Below are positions 53,120 to 64,000 of a stretch of 64,000 bases of DNA, one piece after another. How positions within the stretch are numbered: the first letter of the stretch is position 1; the number at the start of each line of letters is the position of its first letter. The stretch is from Callorhinchus milii. Taxonomy: Eukaryota. Where the stretch lies: assembly GCF_018977255.1 (NCBI RefSeq), contig NW_024704743.1, positions 74,092,001 to 74,156,000 on the forward strand. Reading direction: 5' to 3'. Below the pieces are notes generated by a model that was not told the origin of the DNA, did not search any database, and was given only the letters and a program-made list of their open reading frames with translations. The translations under genes and the position numbers were made by a program.

Positions 53120-53470
53120 AAATCACTTTATTCCCTTGCGCCTCCTTACCTATCCGACCGCTTACCCCCACTCCAACCACCCGCTGAACTCTGCTCGGCT
53201 GGCTCCATCCTCCTATTTGTTCCTCGTACCCTCCGTTCCACCATCGGTAACCGTACGTACCTTCAGCCACTAAGCCCCGAAAATCTGGAATTCTCTCCCT
53301 CAATCCCTCCGCCTTGCCCACTCCCTCCTCACCTTCAAATTGGGCATAAACACCTTCCTTTTTGATCGTGCTTACGGTAACCTCCCCGCTCGTTGTCAGA
53401 CTCCGTCACTGAAGTGTTCCAGGTCGCTACCCCACATGAAGGGCGCTATATAAATCCAAATTGTTGTCAT
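53120..53470 (+). mobile_element. L2 3' fragment in NMT2 intron 1
   Basis: ccttcagccactaagccc...tctggaattctctccct...tttgatcgtgcttacgg...gggcgctatataaatcca. Confidence 0.78.
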
Positions 53471-54915
53471 TACCATCGAGACTCAGAAGCAGATATTTTA
53501 TATAATATTCCCTAAATACGGTTCCCTAAATCAAATGCTACAAAATGTCTGTTCTCAGGCTGTTTTTTTCCTGACGTTTTGAAACAAAACAGTATGTATA
53601 TTTTTGGTCAGATTTTTTTTCTCTGAATGTTTTCGCATTTGCTTGAGGGACCACCCATGGTTTGCAATTATTTGTTCATTTAATTTCGCACTGTCACCAG
53701 AACGAATCCACTCTTCAGTAACACAAACTAGTTGTGTTTTGTTTCTTAAACATACGTGATGTTGGGGGAGCTGAGTTGTTGGACCCTCAATTTATCCCTG
53801 TGACCTGAGTTCAGGTTCAGCCTAAATTGCTGGGATGAAAAATTAGTCCCCTGCTGGTTTTGACAGACCTCGAATGAGTCAGAGGAATCTTAACCCAACT
53901 CTGAAATGAGTTTGTACCTGCAGCACAGAGTATGTGTACATTGCCACTAATGCCTAAACCATGCATTACTCTTTACTGATACAAATGAGTGTTACAGTCT
54001 GCGAGGAGATATGCTCGCTGGCTCCCGGTGACACTTCTAATTAAAGACAACATATTGCCTTTCACATCGGGAGGACATTTCAAGACACTGGCCAGCTCAC
54101 TAAACAAAATAACTATTTTTTAGTCACTGATAGTGCCAAGTTAAAGCAACAGACTCTGAAGCTTTTTTCAAACTTTAATGAAAAACTTTGCATTCTGTAC
54201 ATTGCGAATGATACAGAATTTTTTTTGGTCAATTGAGTGTCTGACACATTAGAGGAGAAATAGTATGGGGAGATGGAGAGGAGGGAGCTGCCCAATGCCA
54301 ACTATCAGGGGGCCTAATGTTAGTTGTAGGGAAAATTTGGAGACAATAATAAGGGACCAGTTAAGCGAGTATTTAGATAGAAATGGGTTAAAAATTAGGG
54401 AATAAACTAGATCTACGTTCTCCGATGGCCTGTGTGTATGGTTTTGTAGCTCAGCTGCTCACTGAGTAAACTTACAGAGCTTTCAACAGAGATTTTATTT
54501 CTGGAAAGCTGCTCATAATGTGAAAAACTGTAGAATGTATCAATTGTGAAATGAATTGATCCCATTTTCTTTAATTTGCTTTAGTAACGACACTTTAGAG
54601 CTTACACGACTGCCCTGGGAATGAAAGTAAACATGTTTAAAAAGAAAGATCAAAAGCACAAATAGCAACATCATTCAAATTATACAATAATCCTACGAGT
54701 TACAGGAAGCGAGGTAAATTATAGATGTTTACACTAAATTGTTGAATTTTATACAAACTAAACAGTTTTCCATAGCTCCCGTATTTCCTTTTACCTCCTG
54801 TATATGTCATTTTCTTTTAAATACTTGGATGCTTTTTCTTCAACTGCAGTTTCCGGCAGTGAGTTCCACATTCACACCACCTGGTGCATTTATATATTAA
54901 AAAAAGTTCTTATAA

Positions 54916-55017
54916 TTTCCACTTGTTAGTGAGTCAGTAGTGAGTCAATAGGCAAAAACATAAGATAGCTACTGACTATCTTATGTTTATGCCCTCTGAC
55001 TCACTAACAAGTGGAAA
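54916..55017. repeat. Fold-back inverted repeat inside an old CR1 fragment
   Basis: Perfect 22-bp arms tttccacttgttagtgagtcag / ctgactcactaacaagtggaaa, an inner 17/18-bp stem and a 7-nt loop. Confidence 0.85.
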
Positions 55018-56276
55018 CCATTCATCTTATCAAATCCATTCATAATATTAAACACAGGTATCAGCTATAAGAAACTGGCAGATTTAGTACCTAAATGAGA
55101 AATCTAAACAAAATGAGAAAATGCCATTGGGTCTAATCTTTCAAGTATTGGTAATATGCAGTGATGCTCAAAATAGTAACTGACGATTACAAAACACAGG
55201 GTTAATGATTGAAGTAGGTTTGTAAAAACTTAATTATTGCAAGGCTCACTTTGTGAGAGAATTCTTGCCGAAGCAAGCACATCATTGGGATAGTAAATAA
55301 ATCTATAGTATGTAAAATCAACAGTATAAAGTCCAGAAGTTGTACAGGGAAGCGCGTTAGAACAGGATTGCTGTAATCCAGAAATTTCAATTTATGTTAT
55401 TATCAAGGGTGGAAAACAGCCATTCCTGGCCAGCATTTTTGGACTTGTCTCATCATTGGGGAAAACTACACGTACACTAGCAAAGCTTGCTAACTGCTCT
55501 GAGGATGTAATGCTTGATCAGCAAAAGGAAGGGGATAGGCATGCATGCACAGGAGTCCATATTAAATGCTGGGCTCCATAATCTATCCAGTTTATAAGCA
55601 AGGCATTATTGTATTAAAGGTGTGTTATAACAGTGTTCTCTTATGTGAAGCATTGAAAAGACTACACATTGAATCCAATTTTGGTTGTACTTACAAAATA
55701 TAATACATACGAACAGAAATATTTATATCCTAGACAGTGGTCATTGAGTTATGAAGAGAGCTATTGATTCTTTTGTTATATTAAGGGGTCTAGGAAACAT
55801 AGACCACTTAACACTCAATCCTAGTTGTTAGAGTCCCAGCTCAGGGGGAATGATATTTAGAATGTTACTATGCACGTTGGTGTCTGTACAAGTGCAGTGA
55901 ACCCTGCACTTGGGTTTGGAGAATTAGGACAGCCAGTGGAATTAAGGGAGGCTTAAGACTTGGGTGTAACTTCATAGTTTAGGTTGCTAATTATGATTTG
56001 AGTGTTGACTTAATTGAAGCATGCCTTAAAGTGAATAAATGGTTCTTGGCTTGGGAGATAATGGAGGGATATGGATTTGGTGCCAAGCCAGAGAGATGAA
56101 GATGGCAGGACTATGATGAGGAACTAAATGGCCTCTTAATCTTACCCATCTATATCTGTGCATTATTGAAGTAATATGCAATACAGTACTGTATTATTGT
56201 GTTAGCAAACTGATTATACTGTAAGTTCTATTACATTGTCCTATCCCTCCTTTATATTTTCTAAATTTGCTGACAG

Positions 56277-56415
56277 AAGTCCTGGAGGGGATGCTGGAGC
56301 TAGAAAGAAGAAGAAAAAGCAGAAAAGGAAGAAGGAGAAGCCGAACTCTGCTGGAACCAAATCAGATTCTGCTTCAGACTCACAGGAAATCAAAGCTCAG
56401 CAGCCACCTTCAAAA
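56277..56415 (+). CDS. NMT2: NMT2 coding exon 2 (poly-Lys segment)
   Basis: Acceptor tgctgacAG and donor GTgagg. Translates SPGGDAGARKKKKKQKRKKEKPNSAGTKSDSASDSQEIKAQQPPSK. Phase is consistent with exon 1. Confidence 0.96.
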
Positions 56416-56539
56416 GTGAGGCCATTATGTCTCTTTTTAAATTATTTTAATATTTTCTGTATGCAAATCATGCACTAAACACTAAAACACTGAATTGTTA
56501 GATTTAATTTGGGAACTATAGTGTACTCACAACATTGAA

Positions 56540-57362
56540 GAGATGGGATCCACTTCCACATGTACGCGGGTGATACCCAACTCTAACTCTGCCTCCATCC
56601 GCGACTCCAGGACCACTGCTGTCCTGACAGAATATCTGTCAGACATCAAGTCCTGGATGAGAGTTAACTTTCTTCAATTGAACGTCAACAAAGTCGAGGC
56701 TCTCCTGATTGGCTCCCGTCAGCGCCTCCTCACCTCAGGCACTGACAGTATCACCATCCATGGTTGCACACTCCACCTTGCTAAGCCGGTCCGGGACCTT
56801 GGCATCTTGTTTCACCCTCAACTATTTTTTCTACCCCACATCCGTGCCATGACCCACTCTGCCTTTCCCCCACCTCCGCAACATCACCCGGCTCCGTCAC
56901 TGCCTCACACCACAGGCTGCCGAAACCCTCATACACGCATTCACAACATCCAGGCTCGACTATGCACACTCCCTGCTTGTCGGCCTCCCCAACTCCTCCC
57001 TCCGCAGGCTGCAGATCATCCAGAACTCTGCAGCCCATGTCCTCTCCCACACCAGGCTCCATGACCCTATCACCCCCCATCCTCGCTCAACTCCACTGGC
57101 TTCCCATCACACAGACAAGACAGTTCAAGATCCTGGTCTTCACCTTCAAAACCCTCCATGGTCTTGCTCTCCCCTACTTCTACAACCTCCTAACCCCCTA
57201 CAAACCTGCCCTCTCCCTCCTCTCAGTGGGCTCGGACCTGCTTCACGTCCTCTGCCTCGCCCTCTTGACCATTGGCGGGTGGATCTTCAGACACCCTGCC
57301 CCCACCCTCTCAAACTCTATCCTGCAGTCCCTTTGCCTCGCCCCCTCCCTTGCCTTCTTCAA
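56540..57362 (+). mobile_element. L2-clade LINE fragment in NMT2 intron 2
   Basis: DIKSWMRVNFLQLNVNKVEALLIG, RDLGILF, LHWLPI...FKILVFTFK. Confidence 0.88.
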
Positions 57363-58018
57363 GAACAGAAAGGTGATCAGGTGAGAGACTTGGGACTTAC
57401 TGTGGATGAACTGTCAGCCCAGTGCATACACAGTGACATGGCAGTGACCTGTTGACCCAGAAGCTGGGGGAACTAGCTGGTGCATGGGAAGTAAATCTGC
57501 ATGCACACAAAATGAATGAGGAAGCGCTGACCAGTGATCAAGGCACCTTTCTATAGTGCATTGGGATTTTATGGACCCAACTACCACACTATTACAAGGC
57601 TCAACTGTCCGGCTTCCATTTTCAGAGGGATAAGAGTCTCAATCAAAAAGTTACATTGCTGCTGTATAAAGTTTTGTTCTGACCCCATTTAAAATACGAT
57701 AATTAGTTTTAGTCACTGAATCATAGGAAGGATATTTCTGCCTTTGATTGTGCATGGAGGCAACCAACCAAATGATCACAGATTTTAAGAATCTAATCAA
57801 TAGGAAAATTTAAGAGAATCAGTTATCTTCTCTTTGAGAATAAAACTTTTTAGGATTATAAAAGGGAATTCACTAGGTTGATGCAGTCAAATTATTTAAT
57901 GTGTTAAAAGTTTTAAACACCAGGGATTGAAAGTGAAACAATAATGAGTCAAAAGAGAAATCAAGCAGAACTTCTCCGCCAAGTGTAATATCCTGCTCTT
58001 TAGAATACGTTACTAGAG

Positions 58019-58432
58019 AATAATAATCCATGCATTTGGGATAGCGCCTTATCACGTTGGAAGGATGTCTCAAAGCACTTCGCAAGAACTACTGTGAAAT
58101 TTGTAGGCAAACGCGACAGCATAATTGCACACAGCAATGTCCCGTAAATAGTTACGGAGTGAGTAACCAGTTTAATTTTGGGGATTGTTGACCAGAATAC
58201 GAGGAGAAACTTCCTTCCCTTTTCAAATAGTGCTAATGGGGTCTTAACAGGCAGACAGGACCTCGGTTTAATTTCTCTTCTGAAGGACGGCACCTCCAAC
58301 AATGCAACATATCCCTATTGGGCATTGAAGTGTCAGCTTAGACTATTTGAATTGAAGTCCTGACGTGGGGCTTGAACCCACATCCTTCTGAATCAGAGGC
58401 GAGATTGCTAACACTGAGCCAAACTGACACAC
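58019..58432 (-). mobile_element. Full-length DeuSINE (SacSINE1/AmnSINE-like), older family
   Basis: - strand head gtgtcagtttggctcagtg...gggttcaagcccc. Deu domain ggaggtgccgtcc...ttaaaccgaggtcc...gcactatttgaaaagggaagg...ttgctgtgtgcaatt, with the same L2-type tail. Confidence 0.82.
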
Positions 58433-60435
58433 GAGCTCATTGAAGTGTAATAATGTTCTTCTACAATATGTTACTAGAAAAGCTCAATGAAACAAATAGT
58501 ATAATTTGTTTTTGGCCAATCGGGTGTCTGACACATGCAGAAACCACCTTTCTAAAATTTGTCATGCTTTAGCATGACTAGACAGAGTTTCACATATGTA
58601 TGCCATAAATGCGTGGAAATTTCCGAATATAAATAGATTCAAGAGGTTGGCTGGAGTGTATCTGGAAAGAAATGATCGGGAGATAATGGGATCTAATGTA
58701 CAATATTCTCAAATTGGATTTGTTGCATTAATTCCAGTTAACAGGTCCAGTTTGTGGCAAAAAGTCACGCCCACAAAACATGAGGAAAAGAAACATTGGT
58801 TTCTCAGCAGCCTTTTACTGGACTTTGCTAACAGGAGGGTTCTGCCAACTGCAATACCAGAAATAGCAATTAACATGACCAATCCGGTTTGCAAAATGCT
58901 ACAAATCAGACTCCATTATGAGAATGTATTTAGCTTCCAATACCATCCAGTTTACATTTATATGTAAGCTTTCACCTCGGGAGGATGTCTCAAAATGCTT
59001 AGGTTAAGAAATGTCAAAAATAGGGATAGTCTTAATGCCCTTTATCTGTGCTAGAAATATCCCTTTCACTGTTCTATAGAGGCTACTATGGCAATGCTTG
59101 AACCCATCATTCTGGAGAGCAAGTCGAAGGAGCATGTCATATAGTTATTTTAGAAACTTTTAAAATATTTATATTGGAGAGCTTTTCCATAAAGCACTAC
59201 CCAAATCATCATCAGCTAAATAGTGGAGTAAGCACATTAGCCCAAGGGATCCCACTGCAACTTCATTGCTTACTTTAGAAGAACCATAAGAAAAATGTTC
59301 CTTACCCATCCCTCCGACCTATGCTGGTGTCTGAATTATGTAGAACTAGTTGCCAGGTTATGTGGTGACTGAACTCTTTCTGAGATGCTCGGAAATCTCT
59401 CAAGTTCTTTTAATTTTTTTTCTTTCAGCAAGATAAGTATTAAGACAGAAAACTTGCTCTGGGTTTCCTTTTTAAATTTAATTTACATTGGGTTGAGACT
59501 GGCCATGATCATTTCCCATGGAAACCTTCCGGCAACAACAACAACTTTGCGCAGGGTAGCGTCCTGGAGTGCTTGCAGCCAGCAGAGGGGTTTCTATCCT
59601 ATCTCTCTGTGCTGGCTTCCAACTCGAGTCACATAGGTATAAGGACTGAACTACCCTGTTGTATTATCCTAGTCATTGTTGATGGGTCATTGGAAGACGA
59701 GCCTCGCTCATTGGTTTGCGAGCACAGTCTGGGATTTTTTTTTTAACTTTTCCTGGATTAAGTTGCTCTAGTTAGGTATCAAATGGGACATTCAGCCTAA
59801 CAGTTACTGGAGGCTGTAATTCTTCCCACTCAGTTAACTCTGCAAACTAACACCCTATAAGTAGAATGGTCGACATTGGGGAAGCAGAGGGAGGATTTCA
59901 GTGGTACGCTGTACTCGTCTGGCTGGTTAACGCTATTGCACACTTTGGCATCTCTTAAGATTGGACTCTTGCCTATCTGTGTGCCTAAATTTCCCAGAAT
60001 TAGGTACTCGGGGTGTCTCTCTCTCAGAGAGATTGGGCATTCCGTACCAGACAGATGGAAACCATGTATGTGGGTGGAACTCTTAGTAGTTTGATTAGGA
60101 GAATCCTAAGCTGGGTACCATGTAAGTTAAACATCCAGCTGACCATTTAAAAACATTCAAGCCTATATTATCAAATCAAGTTAAACATTTAAATCCATTT
60201 CTCTGCCTTTTCTCCACGCTTCATGCCCTTAATTGTTGTGCATTTATTTCTCTTTTAATCATTCCAATTAGTTCTGCACCTACAGCCTTTTTGGACAGTG
60301 CTTTTCACATTCTCACAACCCTGATATGTTTGTTTCATTTTGTTAGTACAGCAAATACACAAAGTGCAGCATAAGTAGAAATGCTTTCTGTCATCGAGTG
60401 GAGAGCATTCACTTTTGAGCTAGTTTCATCTACAT

Positions 60436-60627
60436 CAGCATGGTCCAACCTTTTGGCTACTGAGGGCCGGATCCCCTTTTTGAGAAATGTCCGTGGGCCA
60501 CATAAGCAATATATTTGTGTTTTCCTCCCAGAAACAATACAACATTTACAACAGTTATGGAGGGAGTGGTTTGGCTATATGAAATGGAGTGTGGGGTGCA
60601 GATGAAATTGTCTGTTGGACCACCCTG
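60436..60627. mobile_element. hAT-type MITE (192 bp)
   Basis: TIRs cagcatggtccaac / gttggaccaccctg (12/14). Flanking 8-mers atctacat and atttacgt (6/8) fit a decayed 8-bp TSD. Internal gggccggat motif. Confidence 0.7.
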
Positions 60628-60679
60628 ATTTACGTTATTAAAATAAAAATGTTTTGAGGATAAGAACTGGATGTTAGAG

Positions 60680-61095
60680 AACTGTTCTTGTCCAGTTTGG
60701 GCGCCTCACTATAGGAAGGATATCAAGATCATAGAGATGGTGGAAAAGAGATTCACTAGTAATGTTCCAGGGTTGAGGGATTTTACAGTTGAGTAAAGAT
60801 TGGAGCTGTGTTCCCTAAAACAAAGATTGAAGAAAGATCTTCTGGATTTTTTTTAATTTCTGAGGCATCTTAATAATGCAAATGGGAATAAATTATTTCC
60901 ACTGAGCGGTAAGTCAGTAATGAGAGGGCATAGAATTACCAGAGGGAGAGGTTATAGCATGTATTTACAAAAGACAGTTGTTATATTGTAACCACAACTG
61001 TCTATTTGTGGTTGAGGCAGAATCCATATTAGCTTTCAAGATGGAATTAGATAAAAATCTCAAAAGGAGAAATGTTAAAAGCAGGAGAATGGGTA
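60680..61095 (+). mobile_element. Old CR1 LINE 3' fragment
   Basis: Degenerate match to the 27282 element (gtccagtttgggcgcct...aggaaggatatcaag...agagattcactag...ttccactg). Confidence 0.7.
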
Positions 61096-61096
61096 G

Positions 61097-61419
61097 ATCC
61101 CTGTAGCTCAGTGGTTAGAGCACTCGCTTTGCAAATGAGAGACCTGAGTTCAATTCCAGGCAGAGGGCGAAACCTTGGGCAAGTTTCCTTACTCCACACA
61201 GAGCCTAATAATAATCCCTCCAAAACAAAACAATAATAAATTGGTCATTTTCAATCTACGACTGTTTGTGGGACATTGCTGTGCGCAATTGGCTGCCGCG
61301 TTCGCCCACAAATATACAGTCAATTCACTTTACAGTGTGTTCTGTGAAGCGCTTTGGGACGTCCTCCCGACATGAAAAGCGCTATATCAAATGCAAGGAT
61401 TATTATTATTATTATTATT
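61097..61419 (+). mobile_element. tRNA-derived SINE, short subfamily (young)
   Basis: Nearly identical to 29313-29629. Confidence 0.92.
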
Positions 61420-62139
61420 AGATCTTTCAGAGAGCCAGCAGAGGCACAGTGCAAACAATGTCTTCCTTTCCACGGTTTTGTTGAGCAGATATAGTCCTTG
61501 CCTCCAGTCGTCATATCCAGGATGCTTTGAAAGATCCACAGACTACTTGTGATCTTACTCTTCTTTAAGTCCATAGTAATTCTATTGTGAAAACAAGCAC
61601 AGAAAAAGTGAGTGACCTATGACTCTATGGAGTAAGGAGCATAGATATATAGATAGGAGTGGCTTCAGGCTGATTTTGAATTGCAAAGATATGCTGATTG
61701 TTTGCATAGATTATGGAGAATTGGCATCTATGCAACACTTCTCTGTTTGGCACACAAGATTAAAATCCCCGGAAGTCCTGAATCAGTGGTTCAACGTCAG
61801 TTAAGAGAGATTGTGTTTCAGATTCTTTGTGTATTCTGTATAGAAAGTGGAGCCTGCTGAATCAGGCATGATTGTCTAGTGTTTAGCTAGTGTGCAGCAT
61901 GGTGGATTTGAGTGGATTTGACAGAAAGCCAAGTGGTCTTAGCTGTGCTATTTAAATAATAAGCATTTAATTTGCCTCCACAAAACCCTCTAGCAGCACT
62001 CTACCAAAAATTGTAACATAAAGGAAGTAAATGTTTGTGCTGGGCTAGATATGCGGTTGAGCCAGATTTGGTGCCTGTTAAGTGTTTTTTTTTACACAGA
62101 TGGTATATTTTTTAACCTGATAATATCATTTCTCTGCAG

Positions 62140-62284
62140 AACCCCTCTGTTCCAATGCAGAAACTTCAGGACATTCAGAGAGCCATGGAGCTGCTCACAG
62201 CATGCCAGGGCCCTGCCAAGAACCTAGAGGAGGCGAGTCAACACAGATATCACTTCTGGGACACCCAACCGGTACCCAAACTTA
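62140..62284 (+). CDS. NMT2: NMT2 coding exon 3
   Basis: Acceptor tttctctgcAG and donor GTacgt. Translates [48 protein letters not shown], which contains the NMT motif FWxTQPV. The gene continues beyond the window. Confidence 0.96.
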
Positions 62285-62984
62285 GTACGTTTAGCACATA
62301 TTCTGACTGGTCACTGTAGATATAGGAGTATTACGTTCTTGAGAAGCGTATAGATTCATCTCAACAAGTCCTTTGAAAGAGTGAGTTTCCTTTAACTGCA
62401 CAAAACATCACCTAATTTATAGTCCCTTTTTACGTAAAATAAGCCTTTCAGAGAGCTTGACACAATAAAGCCACTAGACCACAAGGTCAATGGATGATGC
62501 AATTTTAAAAAAAGTAAGGCGCAGTCACAGATTCAGTCCAACCCGAAGTTCATTAAGAGAAATCTATAATCAAAGGTGTTGTGGTATTACAGGGATTATT
62601 CAGGTTTCCTGAAGTCATGGTGGAAATCTTTAAAAAAAATTATCCACATCTTGGGTGCAGACACAAGCCCCTCATGAAGACCCGAGCACATCTCGCCTGT
62701 GCCAGCACAAATGGTTAGTGGTGCTAGATATCCCCATTATAACTGGATAGTAATTCCAAGATGCGTCATGAATTTGCTTTTGGTCCATAGATTTCTGTGT
62801 AATAATAATAATCCTTGCATTTGATGCATTTAGTGACTCGGAAACATTGTTAGAAGGCAGCACCAAGAACAGCGAAAGGAGAATTTAGGAGGATTCTTTT
62901 TCATTCAGAGAGTTGTTGGGATGTGAGCGCCCTGATGAGCAGGGTGGTGGAGGCTGATTCGATTGTGGCTGTAGATTTCTATGA

Positions 62985-63398
62985 TATAATAATGTATTTC
63001 ATGTTGGCAGGAATCTCAAAGCGTTTTCCAGGATTTATTATAACGTGACCGTATTTTGTAGGTGTTCGCCGCAGCCAATTTGTGCATAGCAATGTCCAAC
63101 AAAGAGCCATGAAGTAAATAAACAATTTTATTTGGGAATTTGTTGGCCAGGACACTGGGAGAAACTCCCTTCTCTTTTCAAATAGTACCATGGGATCTTT
63201 AACATCCACCTGAACAGGCAGACAGGATTTCGATTTAACATCTCACCCAAAGGACAGTGCCGCCCTCCAACAATACAACGCACCCACAGCACTGTGTTGG
63301 AGTATATGCCTGGACTATGGTATCATAGTCTCTACACATGGCTTCAATTCACAACTTCTAAGTCAGAACAAGAATTCAACAACAGAGCCAGGTTGACA
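62985..63398 (-). mobile_element. DeuSINE, older family
   Basis: - strand gtggatgttaaagatcccatggtactatttgaaaagagaagggagtttctccc...caaattggctgcggcg. Confidence 0.8.
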
Positions 63399-63660
63399 TT
63401 CTGAGAAGGCTCATATCAATGCTTTGTTCCATACATTTACAAATTCAATCTGGAGCTCAATTGATGGTTCAGTTGGCAAAACTAGTTCTCTCTCAGTTGT
63501 TTAGATCCTGGTCTGTACTGAGGTGGCTGATCTGTAGTGATAGAAGAGTCTTAAGAGCCTGAAAATGGCTGATAGATATGAAACTCAGATGGCATTGTCC
63601 AACTCTAAAATTCACAATGCTTTGTGAATCCAGCACAATGGACATCAGACATCAGACATA

Positions 63661-63829
63661 CAGTGAAATTCTGTTAATTAAATAATCAATTTGACAGCAA
63701 AAATTATTCAATAAACTATTCATATAAATGGACTAAACATAATAGGAGACTTATCTTCTGGAGCTCTAAATTCTATTCAATAAACCAAACCATTCAATTA
63801 TCCGATATTCAATTAACCAAATTTCGCTG
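63661..63829. mobile_element. Tc1/mariner (pogo/Tigger-like) MITE
   Basis: TA followed by cagtgaaattctgttaattaaat; the right end reverse-complements to cagcgaaatttggttaattgaat (19/23). Confidence 0.55.
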
Positions 63830-64000
63830 TTGTCTTTATTTCAATACATGTGCAGTTTAAATTGTTTTAATGGGTACATTCTGGTGGGACGCTCTCCCGA
63901 CCTTGAAAGGCGCTACACAAATATAATTTTTGTTGTTGAAACTGAACAATCTTATTCATTAACTCCTTCCCATTGTACTGGATCCAACTGGACAAATTTA

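Overview
Vertebrate genomic DNA, most likely from a cartilaginous fish (inferred from the CR1/L2/DeuSINE/Penelope repeat landscape; the species cannot be fixed from sequence alone). Two + strand genes are recognisable from their translations and GT-AG junctions. The first is the last three coding exons of FAM171A1 (19769-19885, 20176-20299, 21909-23457) with its 3'UTR. The second is the first three coding exons of NMT2 (50493-50602, 56277-56415, 62140-62284), which starts in a CpG island. The rest is intron or intergenic sequence dense in tRNA/Deu-domain SINEs, L2 and CR1 LINE fragments and small DNA-transposon MITEs. The most notable accessory element is a decayed, internally deleted, 5'-truncated foamy(spuma)-like endogenous retrovirus on the - strand (about 29887-33462). 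It retains protease, RT thumb, tether/RNase H, integrase with a foamy-type C-terminal domain, a short Cys-rich/hydrophobic post-integrase remnant, a PPT and one LTR. Also of interest are a Penelope fragment with a hammerhead-ribozyme core (40297-40956), a degenerate motif-plus-spacer array in the NMT2 promoter split by an L2 insertion, and several fold-back structures. I see no convincing wholly new biological system. Homology calls rest on recalled motifs, not database searches, and repeat boundaries are approximate.
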